Shown here piece by piece: positions 18,093 through 26,170 of a stretch of DNA of 64,000 nucleotides. The stretch's first letter is position 1. Every line of letters begins with the position of its first letter. The DNA is taken from positions 932 through 64,931 of the forward strand of contig JAKJBU010000002.1 in the NCBI GenBank assembly GCA_022706825.1, given 5' to 3'. Made by a program: the position numbers and the translations under genes. The notes below the pieces were generated by a model, which did no database searches, had not been told where the DNA came from, and saw only the letters and a program-made list of their open reading frames with translations. Origin of the DNA: Bacillota bacterium (GTDB lineage Bacteria > Bacillota > Clostridia > Lutisporales > Lutisporaceae).

Positions 18093-18402
18093 CACAATAG
18101 AAGAATGCGACATATCTGAAGTTTGTGGTCATCCTACATAGCACTGGCCTTATATAACAGCGAGCACTTATTGGCTTTGGGTAACAGAATCGAGTGAAGA
18201 TGCGCAGTAAAATCCGTGGGATTTACGTGAGGTAAATCCAGCACATACTTACACGAGGTAAGGTTTATGTGCGTCAGGATTTTACAAGTATCAAGCTCTG
18301 ATTCTGTCCAAAGCTAATACCGTGCGAGTCGGGATACAAGGCTATTGCTCTGGGAGTATGACTGCAAACTTATAGTTATGTCGCATTATTCTTCTATTGT
18401 GA
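18093..18402. repeat. Rod-like hyper-palindromic repeat element, copy A (about 310 nt)
   Basis: The left arm CACAATAGAAGAATGCGACAT... is the imperfect reverse complement of the right arm ...ATGTCGCATTATTCTTCTATTGTG. The hairpin centre is near 18255. The core 18151-18395 is about 90% identical to 49457-49695. Confidence 0.8.
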
Positions 18403-18450
18403 GACAGGGGAAACATCCCTATGTCCCCAGGAGAAACGTCCCCGTGTCTC
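18401..18450. repeat. GC-rich REP-like palindrome (GGAGAAACGTCCCCGTGTC family); probable terminator for argJ
   Basis: GAGACAGGGG...CCCCGTGTCTC hairpin. It shares the GAAACGTCCCCGTGTC core with copies at 46.9 kb and 50.5 kb and lies directly after the argJ stop on the minus strand. Confidence 0.65.
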
Positions 18451-19668
18451 TTATGACCTATAGCTTCCGTTTATCTTTACATAATCATAGGTAAGGTCGC
18501 ATCCCCAGGCAGTAGCCGAATATTCCCCTTCCTTTAAATCCACTTTTATTATTACATATTCTTTGTCCATTATTGCGGAAGCAGTTTTTTCACAAAACTG
18601 AAGAGGCTCCCCATCGGCCACAAGCTGGATGCAGCCTGCCTCGCTTTCATAATAAATATCCGCCTTGTCCGGGGAAAAATTCCCTTCGGAGTAGCCAAGA
18701 GCGCACAGGATTCTTCCCCAGTTGGCATCATTACCGAAAAATGCGGCTTTGGTCAGATTTGAGCCGATAACTGATTTTGAAAGTATGCATGCATCGGCAT
18801 AGGAAACTGCGTTTGAAACGGTGCACTCAATCAGCTTTGTGGCGCCTTCGCCGTCACGGACAATCTTTTTTGCAAGCTCGGTATTCAGGAGGTCAAGGGC
18901 TTTTATGAAAGCATCGAAGTTTTTATCCCTGGCCCCAATCAGTTTATTATCCGCGGCTCCATTGGCAAGCATTATTACCATGTCATTGGTACTTGTGTCC
19001 CCGTCCACCGATATCATATTATAAGTTTTCTTTACGCTTTCGCTCAAGGCCTCCTGGAGCAGTTCTTTTGATATATTTGCATCAGTGGTGATAAACCCAA
19101 GCATTGTAGCCATGTTGGGATGTATCATGCCTGACCCCTTTGCAATACCGCTGAGCAGCACTTTTTTACCTTCAAGCTCAACTTCTACGGTTACTGACTT
19201 TTCACATGTGTCGGTGGTCATAATTGCCCGGATGGCATCCTTACCGCCGCCATAGGACAGATTCTCACATGCATTTCTGATTCCCGTCTCAACATTTTGC
19301 ATCGGGAGAGGAACACCGATAACTCCGGTTGACGCCACCAAAACTGAGTCAGAGGGAATATTCAGGAGTGAGGAAGTCAGCTCCGCCATTGCATTTGCAT
19401 CATTATGTCCCTGTTTTCCTGTGCAGGCATTTGCATTGCCGCTGTTTGCAACAATTGCCCGAATGCTTTTTGACTGAATATGCTTCATATTAAGAATCAC
19501 CGGTGCCGCCTTTACCTTATTCGTTGTAAAAACAGCAGCAGCAACTGATTCCTTCTCACTGTATATTACGCATAAATCCTTATTGCCGTTTTTCTTTATT
19601 CCGCAGCTTACACCGCTTGCCTTGAAATACGGTACATCTGTTATGGTCATATCTTTAATAATCTTCAT
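18451..19668 (-). CDS. argJ: Bifunctional ornithine acetyltransferase / N-acetylglutamate synthase
   Basis: Autoprocessing site motif PNMATMLGFITTDA, then GDTSTNDM and NWGRILCALG. Confidence 0.92.
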   Translation of the reverse strand: MKIIKDMTITDVPYFKASGVSCGIKKNGNKDLCVIYSEKESVAAAVFTTNKVKAAPVILNMKHIQSKSIRAIVANSGNANACTGKQGHNDANAMAELTSSLLNIPSDSVLVASTGVIGVPLPMQNVETGIRNACENLSYGGGKDAIRAIMTTDTCEKSVTVEVELEGKKVLLSGIAKGSGMIHPNMATMLGFITTDANISKELLQEALSESVKKTYNMISVDGDTSTNDMVIMLANGAADNKLIGARDKNFDAFIKALDLLNTELAKKIVRDGEGATKLIECTVSNAVSYADACILSKSVIGSNLTKAAFFGNDANWGRILCALGYSEGNFSPDKADIYYESEAGCIQLVADGEPLQFCEKTASAIMDKEYVIIKVDLKEGEYSATAWGCDLTYDYVKINGSYRS

Positions 19669-19682
19669 TTATACATTCTCCT

Positions 19683-20729
19683 TTACAGCATATTGGGCAG
19701 CATATCCAAGCCTGTATGCTCATATAGCCCGAAAAGGATATTCATGTTCTGTACCGCCTGCCCTGCGGCACCTTTTATAAGATTGTCTATTGCGCTGATT
19801 GCTATAACCCTGTTTGTCCTCTCATCCACCCTTACAGCAATGTCACAGATATTTGACCCTTTTACAAATCTTGTTTCCGGCAGGGAGTCGGTAATTCTTA
19901 TAAAATTCTCATTTTTATAATAGCTTCTGTATAAGTCGTAGAGTTCACTCTGCGAAATATCCTTCTTGAGGCTGCCGTAACAAGTTGCGAGTATTCCCCT
20001 GCTCATCGGCACAAGATGTGGTGTGAAGCTGAGGGTAATTCTTGCACCTGCAGCATCGGAAAGCTGCTGTTCAATTTCCGGAGTATGCCTGTGGGTCGCG
20101 ATATTGTATGCCTTGACAGATTCACCGCATTCGCAGAAAAGTGATGAGACGTTTGCACTTCTGCCCGCCCCTGAGACTCCGGACTTTGCATCGATAATGA
20201 TTGAGGTGTTATCAATAATACCGGTGTGTACTAAAGGCGCAAGAGCCAGAATACTTGCGGTCGGATAGCAGCCGGGGTTTGCCACAAGGCTTGAGTTTGA
20301 AATACTGTCACGGTAAAGCTCGGGAAGGCCATATACGGCATCTTTCAAGCGGTCGGGAAGCTTATGGGTTACACCGTACCACGTCTCATATATCTTTTGA
20401 TCCCGAAGCCTATAATCGGCTCCAATATCAATGACCTTCACTCCGAGGCCAAGGGCTTTTTCCACCAGGTCAAAGGATTGGCCGTGGGGGAGTGCAAGAA
20501 ATAATACATCGATTTTTGAAAGCTTGCTTTCTATATCTTGCATATCTATGCACACGTTGTCCAATAAATACTTCAGATTTCCATAGACATCACTGAACCT
20601 CATATTAGAATAATTATGAGAAGATAAAAAAACTATAGATACATTTTTATGCTGGGACAATATCATCGAAAGCTGATAGCCCGCATAACCTGTTGAACCA
20701 ACGATACCTGCGTTTATCATATTAATCAC
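19683..20729 (-). CDS. argC: N-acetyl-gamma-glutamyl-phosphate reductase
   Basis: GIVGSTGYAGYQL N-terminus, active-site region LVANPGCYPTA, and DAKSGVSGAGR. Confidence 0.92.
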   Translation of the reverse strand: MINMINAGIVGSTGYAGYQLSMILSQHKNVSIVFLSSHNYSNMRFSDVYGNLKYLLDNVCIDMQDIESKLSKIDVLFLALPHGQSFDLVEKALGLGVKVIDIGADYRLRDQKIYETWYGVTHKLPDRLKDAVYGLPELYRDSISNSSLVANPGCYPTASILALAPLVHTGIIDNTSIIIDAKSGVSGAGRSANVSSLFCECGESVKAYNIATHRHTPEIEQQLSDAAGARITLSFTPHLVPMSRGILATCYGSLKKDISQSELYDLYRSYYKNENFIRITDSLPETRFVKGSNICDIAVRVDERTNRVIAISAIDNLIKGAAGQAVQNMNILFGLYEHTGLDMLPNML

Positions 20730-20808
20730 CTCAATATTGCGCTTTTTAAATATTATACATGGGGACGGTTATTTATGCAATAGGAATAATAAAAATACAT
20801 AAATAATA

Positions 20809-20837
20809 TTGCATAAAAATCCAATACGATGTATAAT
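20809..20837 (+). promoter_or_regulatory. sigma-A type promoter for argBD (TTGCAT-17-TATAAT), with AT-rich TGCAT/ATGCA repeats upstream (possible ArgR boxes)
   Basis: -35 TTGCAT (20809-20814), 17-nt spacer, -10 TATAAT (20832-20837). ATGCAATA...TATTGCAT inverted elements at about 20775-20816 overlap the -35. Confidence 0.5.
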
Positions 20838-20869
20838 AAGTACCATTAAGAATTAGGGGTGAAGGCCGA

Positions 20870-21697
20870 ATGAATTTAGGCGGGACAGTTGTTATTAAAT
20901 ATGGGGGAAGCATTACTAAGGACAATGAGGCGACGGACGCATTTATGGAAGATGCAGCAATCTTGAGAAATGCCGGTGTAAAAGTTGTGATTGTTCACGG
21001 CGGCGGGTCTGATATAAACAGGATGCTTGGCAGGCTGAATATTGCGGGGGAATTTGTAAAAGGGCTGAGAAAAACAGATGAGGCTGCCATGGAAGTGGTT
21101 GAAATGGTGTTGTCCGGCAGGGTCAATAAAGAGCTGACCTCAAAATTGATTGAAAAGGGAGCAGGTGCCGTAGGTATAAGCGGCAGGGACGGAAAGCTGC
21201 TTGAGGCGGAAAGGATGTACCTTAATGACAACGGCAGTAAAATTGATATAGGCTATGTAGGCGAAGTAACCAAGGTTAACGGCAAAATATTGACGGATCT
21301 ATTGAGCCTGGGGTATGTTCCGGTTATATCACCGGTGGCGGAAGACAAAGAAGGTAAAGCTTATAATATCAATGCGGATTATGCGGCAGCTGCTATCGGC
21401 GCTTCTATCGGTGCGGACAGCCTTGTATATTTGTCCGATGTTGACGGGCTGTTCGGGGATATTGGAAATCCCGACAGCCTGATTAGCAGCATTACCGCGG
21501 CGGAAATTGAAAAGCTTGTACAGGCCGGTGCCATATCAGGAGGAATGATACCCAAGATGAAATGCTGTATTGAAGCTATTGAAAAGGGAGTAAAGTCGGT
21601 ATGCCTTATAGGCGGAAAGAAGCCCCATATTCTGCTGGAGCTTTTCCATGGCAAAGAGGCAGGGACAATTATTATAGGAGGAGAGGAAAATGTCTAA
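20870..21697 (+). CDS. argB: Acetylglutamate kinase
   Basis: VIKYGGS...VVIVHGGG...INADYAAAAIG...LSDVDG are amino-acid kinase family motifs, in an arg-cluster context. Confidence 0.9.
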   Translation: MNLGGTVVIKYGGSITKDNEATDAFMEDAAILRNAGVKVVIVHGGGSDINRMLGRLNIAGEFVKGLRKTDEAAMEVVEMVLSGRVNKELTSKLIEKGAGAVGISGRDGKLLEAERMYLNDNGSKIDIGYVGEVTKVNGKILTDLLSLGYVPVISPVAEDKEGKAYNINADYAAAAIGASIGADSLVYLSDVDGLFGDIGNPDSLISSITAAEIEKLVQAGAISGGMIPKMKCCIEAIEKGVKSVCLIGGKKPHILLELFHGKEAGTIIIGGEENV

Positions 21698-22853
21698 GGA
21701 AAAGATACTGAAAACTTATGCACGGTTTGATGTTACCGCAGTCAGCGGTAAAGGATGCCTGATTTATGATATTAATGGGAAAGAGTACTTGGATTTTGTG
21801 TCGGGAGTAGCGGTAAACTGCTTGGGCCATTGCCACCCTGCCATTATAAACGCCATCCGGGAACAAAGCTGCAAGCTGATGCACGTGTCTAACCTGTATT
21901 GGAATGAGCTTCAGATGGAGCTGGCTGACAGGCTGTGTGAATTAAGCGGGCTTGAGGGGGCATTTTTCTGCAACAGCGGAACGGAAGCAATAGAGGCTGC
22001 CATAAAGTTTGCGAGGAAGTACGGCAAGCTTAAAGGGGGTGCCTTAAAGCATGAAATAATTTATCTGAATAACTCTTTCCACGGCAGGACCCTGGGAGCA
22101 CTTTCCGTGACCGGACAGGAGAAATATCAGAAGGATTACATGCCGCTGATACCGGGAGTTAAGAGCATTGACCTTAATGATGCCGACAAGCTGAGGACGG
22201 AAATGAATTCCAATGTGTGCGCAATTATTGCAGAGCCGGTCCAGGGAGAAGGGGGAATATTGGCAGCTGACAAATCATTTTTGGAGGAAGCAAAAAAACT
22301 CTGTGAAAAATACGATTCCCTGCTTATATTCGACGAGGTGCAGTGCGGAATAGGAAGGCTGGGGAGTTTATTTGCCTTTGAAAAGTTCGGCGTCAAGCCC
22401 GATCTGGTATGTATTGCAAAAGGGCTGGGGGGAGGCTTCCCGATAGGTGCGGTTGTTGCATCAGGGAAGGCAGCGGAATGTATAGCTTATGGAGATCACG
22501 GTTCAACCTTCGGGGGCAATCCCCTTGCCTGCAAAGTAGCATTGACAATACTTGAAGAGCTTCTGCAAAACGGAGTGCTGGAGAATGTTGAGCATATGAG
22601 CAAGTATTTTGTCGGCAAGCTGCAGGCTTTGAAGGAAAAACACTGCACGATAAAGAGCATCCGCGGCATCGGGCTGCTTTTGGGGCTCCAGCTTTCAATC
22701 GATACCAAAAAATTTATCGATGAATGCATTGATTCGGGACTGCTCCTTGTGGGAGCCGGTGCGGATGTAGCAAGGCTTCTTCCGCCGTTGAACATTCAAG
22801 AGGAATATATTGACAGGGCAATTGATATAATTGATTCGGTATTGAGCTATTAA
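21690..22853 (+). CDS. argD: Acetylornithine aminotransferase
   Basis: Class III aminotransferase motifs: FCNSGTEAIEAAIK, LIFDEVQCGIGRLG, and PLP lysine in CIAKGLGGGFPIG. Overlaps the argB stop by 8 nt. Confidence 0.88.
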   Translation: MSKEKILKTYARFDVTAVSGKGCLIYDINGKEYLDFVSGVAVNCLGHCHPAIINAIREQSCKLMHVSNLYWNELQMELADRLCELSGLEGAFFCNSGTEAIEAAIKFARKYGKLKGGALKHEIIYLNNSFHGRTLGALSVTGQEKYQKDYMPLIPGVKSIDLNDADKLRTEMNSNVCAIIAEPVQGEGGILAADKSFLEEAKKLCEKYDSLLIFDEVQCGIGRLGSLFAFEKFGVKPDLVCIAKGLGGGFPIGAVVASGKAAECIAYGDHGSTFGGNPLACKVALTILEELLQNGVLENVEHMSKYFVGKLQALKEKHCTIKSIRGIGLLLGLQLSIDTKKFIDECIDSGLLLVGAGADVARLLPPLNIQEEYIDRAIDIIDSVLSY

Positions 22854-22916
22854 AGGTGCCTTCAAGAATTTTTTGACACAGGTAAATTAATAATATATAA
22901 TATGTTTTATAATTAT

Positions 22917-23158
22917 TCAAGGCTATGATGAGGATTAGTAGAGGGGAAGATTCTGAAAGAGAGGGAAACTCAGCGGCTGAAAGGTTTTCCAAGATTATTT
23001 CCTTTGAACCCGACCTTTGAGCTGCAGGTGAAAAGTCTGCCGCATGCCGGCGTTACAGGCGTCAAGTGGTCACATATTTAATGTATATGCGTTCAATTTG
23101 GGTGGTACCGCGAATAACCTTCGTCCCTTAACAGGGGGGAGGTTTTTTATTTTTTTAA
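22917..23158 (+). promoter_or_regulatory. T-box leader (tRNA-sensing riboswitch), probable proline specifier
   Basis: Stem I elements (TGATGAGGATTAGTAG, AGAGAG...GAAA). T-box sequence AATTTGGGTGGTACCGCG at 23095-23112. Terminator hairpin plus T-run at 23118-23157. Candidate specifier GAA-CCC-G at 23006-23012. proBA lie downstream. Confidence 0.85.
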
Positions 23159-23170
23159 GGAGGGAAAGAC

Positions 23171-23269
23171 ATGAAAGTATGCAGGGGCCATGTTATTGAA
23201 GCAATTCAACGCTGTACGGAAAAGGCAGAAAAATTGGGCATTGAAATAAATGGCAAAGCTGAAGAATAG
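23171..23269 (+). CDS. 32-codon small ORF between the T-box terminator and proB (MKVCRGHVIEAIQRCTEKAEKLGIEINGKAEE)
   Basis: Strong RBS AAGGAGGG 7 nt upstream of the ATG. There is no recognisable homology, so coding status is unproven. Confidence 0.3.
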   Translation: MKVCRGHVIEAIQRCTEKAEKLGIEINGKAEE

Positions 23270-23300
23270 CATGTTAAATTAAGAGCTTGGGAGTGATAGT

Positions 23301-24098
23301 ATGGCTGATTATAATCGTATTGTCGTTAAGGTTGGTACATCTACTTTGACTTACGGGAACGGGAAGCTTAACCTGTCGGGTATAGAGCGCCTGTCTATGG
23401 TATTGTCGGACATTGCAAATCAAAATAAAGACGTTGTACTTGTGACGTCAGGTGCAATCGGGGTCGGCATGAGCAGGCTGGGATTCGAGGAAAGGCCTTC
23501 GAATATTGGATTAAAGCAGGCTTTGGCTGCAGTAGGCCAGGGTTTGCTTATGCAAACATATGAAAAGATGTTTGCAGAATACGGGCGGATTGTGGCACAG
23601 ATACTTATAACCAGAGAAGATATTTTTTTGGAAGACAGGAGTACAAATGCAATAAATACATTTAATGCCCTTTTTAAACACAATGTCATACCGATAGTCA
23701 ATGAAAATGATACCATTGCAACCGATGAAATCAAAATCGGGGATAATGATGTATTGTCCGCATATGTGGCAAAGCTGATAAAAGCCGATTTGCTGATATT
23801 ATTGTCGGATATAGACGGCCTGTATGACAAAAATCCGGCTTTGGAAGGTGCAAAACTGATAAAAAGGGTATACAGCATCGATGACAGCATAACCGGTATT
23901 GCCGAAGATACCTCTTCCATCCTTGGCACCGGAGGCATGAGGACCAAAATAAACGCAGCAAGGATTGCTATGGAAAATGGAATACCAATGGCTATTGTAA
24001 ACGGCAACAGGCCTGATAATATTTATGACATAATATCCGGACGGGAAGCAGGCACATTGTTTTTAACTGATGGAAGATGTTTTTTAAGAAAGGGATGA
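23301..24098 (+). CDS. proB: Glutamate 5-kinase (short form without PUA domain)
   Basis: IVVKVGTSTLT...VLVTSGAIGVG...NENDT...DNDVLSA...LSDIDGLY...GTGGMRTK. Confidence 0.9.
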   Translation: MADYNRIVVKVGTSTLTYGNGKLNLSGIERLSMVLSDIANQNKDVVLVTSGAIGVGMSRLGFEERPSNIGLKQALAAVGQGLLMQTYEKMFAEYGRIVAQILITREDIFLEDRSTNAINTFNALFKHNVIPIVNENDTIATDEIKIGDNDVLSAYVAKLIKADLLILLSDIDGLYDKNPALEGAKLIKRVYSIDDSITGIAEDTSSILGTGGMRTKINAARIAMENGIPMAIVNGNRPDNIYDIISGREAGTLFLTDGRCFLRKG

Positions 24099-24103
24099 TA
24101 TTT

Positions 24104-25348
24104 ATGGAAGATATTATTAAAAAGGCTTGCCTTGCGAAAAAAGCGGGAATTGTTTTGTCAAAAGCAGATACCGTGCAAAAGAATAAATGCCTTAGCCATA
24201 TGATGGACGCAATTTCCGAAGACACCGAATATATACTGAATGAGAATCAAAAGGATATGGCGGCAGGGAGATTAAAGGGTATGAGCGAAGCCATGCTTGA
24301 CAGGCTTCTCCTGGACAAAAAAAGGCTTGGTGGAATAATAGAAGGGCTTGGACAATTGATTACCCTTAAGGATCCGGTGGGGGAAGTAATAAATATGAAT
24401 AAAATGCCTAACGGCCTTTTAATCGGGCAGGCCCGAGTTCCTCTGGGAGTGATAGGAATAATATATGAAGCAAGGCCGAATGTCACGGTAGATGCCGCAT
24501 CCTTATGCATTAAGTCGGGAAATGCAGTTATATTGAGAGGCGGAAGCGAAGCTGTCAACTCTAACACAGCCCTTGTAAAATCATTAAGGAAAGCGCTCGC
24601 CGCATCAGGTTTGCCGGAGGATTCAATTTCGATTATTGAAGATACCTCAAGGGAAACCGCAATCAGGTTTATGAAGATGAACGAATATATAGATGTTCTG
24701 ATACCCAGGGGAGGAGCCGGGCTTATAAAGTCTGCTGTAGAGAATTCGACCATACCTGTTATTCAAACGGGTACCGGCAACTGCCATGTTTACGTCGACA
24801 GTTACGGTGACTTGGACATGGCCGAAAAAATCGTCATAAATGCGAAAGTCAGCAGGCCGGGGGTATGTAATGCGGAGGAAAAGCTCCTGGTTCACAAGGA
24901 TGTTGCGGATGAATTCATACCGAGGATAGTAAAGAGCCTGAGAGAAAACGGAGTAGAGGTACGGGGCTGCGAAAAAGCATTAAAATTATCAGGGGATATA
25001 AAACTCGCAGATGATATTGATTGGCACACCGAGTACCTTGATTATATAATTGCTGTTAAGGTTGTGGACAGTATAGCCGAGGCAATAGAGCATATCAATA
25101 AATACGGCACAAAGCATTCCGAAGCAATTGTAACGGAAAACTACTCCAATTCAAGGAAGTTCCTGGCCGAAGTTGATGCCGCCGCCGTATATATTAATGC
25201 ATCTACCAGGTTTACCGACGGGTTTGAATTCGGGCTGGGGGCTGAAATCGGGATAAGCACCCAGAAGCTTCACGCAAGGGGGCCTATGGGTTTAAAAGAG
25301 CTTACATCCACAAAATACGTCATATACGGTAACGGGCAGGTAAGATAA
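24104..25348 (+). CDS. proA: Gamma-glutamyl phosphate reductase
   Basis: Aldehyde dehydrogenase fold with VIGIIYEARPNVTVDA, ILRGGSEA, catalytic-Cys region PGVCNAEE, and HSEAIVT...NASTRFTDG. ATG 24104 lies 6 nt after the proB stop. Confidence 0.9.
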   Translation: MEDIIKKACLAKKAGIVLSKADTVQKNKCLSHMMDAISEDTEYILNENQKDMAAGRLKGMSEAMLDRLLLDKKRLGGIIEGLGQLITLKDPVGEVINMNKMPNGLLIGQARVPLGVIGIIYEARPNVTVDAASLCIKSGNAVILRGGSEAVNSNTALVKSLRKALAASGLPEDSISIIEDTSRETAIRFMKMNEYIDVLIPRGGAGLIKSAVENSTIPVIQTGTGNCHVYVDSYGDLDMAEKIVINAKVSRPGVCNAEEKLLVHKDVADEFIPRIVKSLRENGVEVRGCEKALKLSGDIKLADDIDWHTEYLDYIIAVKVVDSIAEAIEHINKYGTKHSEAIVTENYSNSRKFLAEVDAAAVYINASTRFTDGFEFGLGAEIGISTQKLHARGPMGLKELTSTKYVIYGNGQVR

Positions 25349-25499
25349 ATAATTACAAATTTGTAACATATACAGGAGTTTTGCGATATTTGACGAAATA
25401 TATACTGAGTTTGAAGATATTATATCTTATTGCATTTTATAGGCAGCTGTGAAAAAAGCACCTGTTTTTTCGCAACTGCCTCTGAAAAGGAGAATTGGG

Positions 25500-26048
25500 A
25501 TGTTAAACAGTAAGAGTCGCAAAACGGGTATTATAGTATTGATTGCAATTATCCTGGTGCTCTCTGCCGTTGTTATTAGCGCTGCAGACGGGGCAGCCCC
25601 GGGTTCGGAACAAGATCCCATCGTTACGCAGAGTTATGTAGAACAGAAATCAGAGCAGATAAAGTATTATATTGACAGCCTGCTTGCACAGGAAACAGCC
25701 AAGCTTAAGACTGAATTGGAGCAAAAGGAGCAGGAGATAGCTAAGCTGAGGGAAGAAATTAAAAATGCCGCAAATTTGGCAGGGAAGTTTCAAGTAGTGG
25801 AAATGCAAAAGGGCCAGATGCTTATTGCAGGGGAAGGTGCGGAAATAATACCCAGATCAGGGAAGTTTTCTGCCATAGAAGATGCTTTTGGAGGCCTTTC
25901 GGATATTACTGCGGCAAAGGATATTAAGAACGGAGAGGCCGTTGTCAATAACCATATGCTGATAGCAGCCAGAGGCGAAGGCAGAGGGTTAAAGGCACTT
26001 GCAGACAAGTCTTTTCTTATAATCAAAGGTACTTATACGCTTCAATAG
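25500..26048 (+). CDS. Hypothetical membrane-anchored protein (N-terminal TM, coiled coil, C-terminal globular part)
   Basis: ATG 25500 follows AAAAGGAG. It has a TM segment IIVLIAIILVLSAVVISA and is the first gene of the envelope-glycan block. Confidence 0.5.
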   Translation: MLNSKSRKTGIIVLIAIILVLSAVVISAADGAAPGSEQDPIVTQSYVEQKSEQIKYYIDSLLAQETAKLKTELEQKEQEIAKLREEIKNAANLAGKFQVVEMQKGQMLIAGEGAEIIPRSGKFSAIEDAFGGLSDITAAKDIKNGEAVVNNHMLIAARGEGRGLKALADKSFLIIKGTYTLQ

Positions 26049-26170
26049 GCACGAGACGGGTAACACCGGATGCACGGATAAACCACGGAACACAGGTTGG
26101 GTTTAGTGGCTTAAGTGTTATCCGTTTTTGTATTTACTTTACATTTAGGCGGCAATAATAATATAATAAG

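Noticed and set aside
18093-18402. Rod-like repeat as 6S RNA, a DGR template/variable repeat pair, a retron msr/msd or a CRISPR remnant
   Set aside because: 6S paralogs would not be about 90% identical dispersed copies, and I see no 6S-like central bubble or context. The differences between copies are not adenine-specific, and there is no reverse transcriptase nearby, which argues against a DGR or retron. There is no short direct-repeat/spacer periodicity, which argues against CRISPR.
20773-20818. Definite ArgR (ARG box) operators between argC and argB
   Set aside because: The AT-rich ATGCAATA...TATTGCAT elements are suggestive, but I could not align them convincingly to an 18-bp ARG-box consensus by eye. 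I mention them only in the promoter feature.
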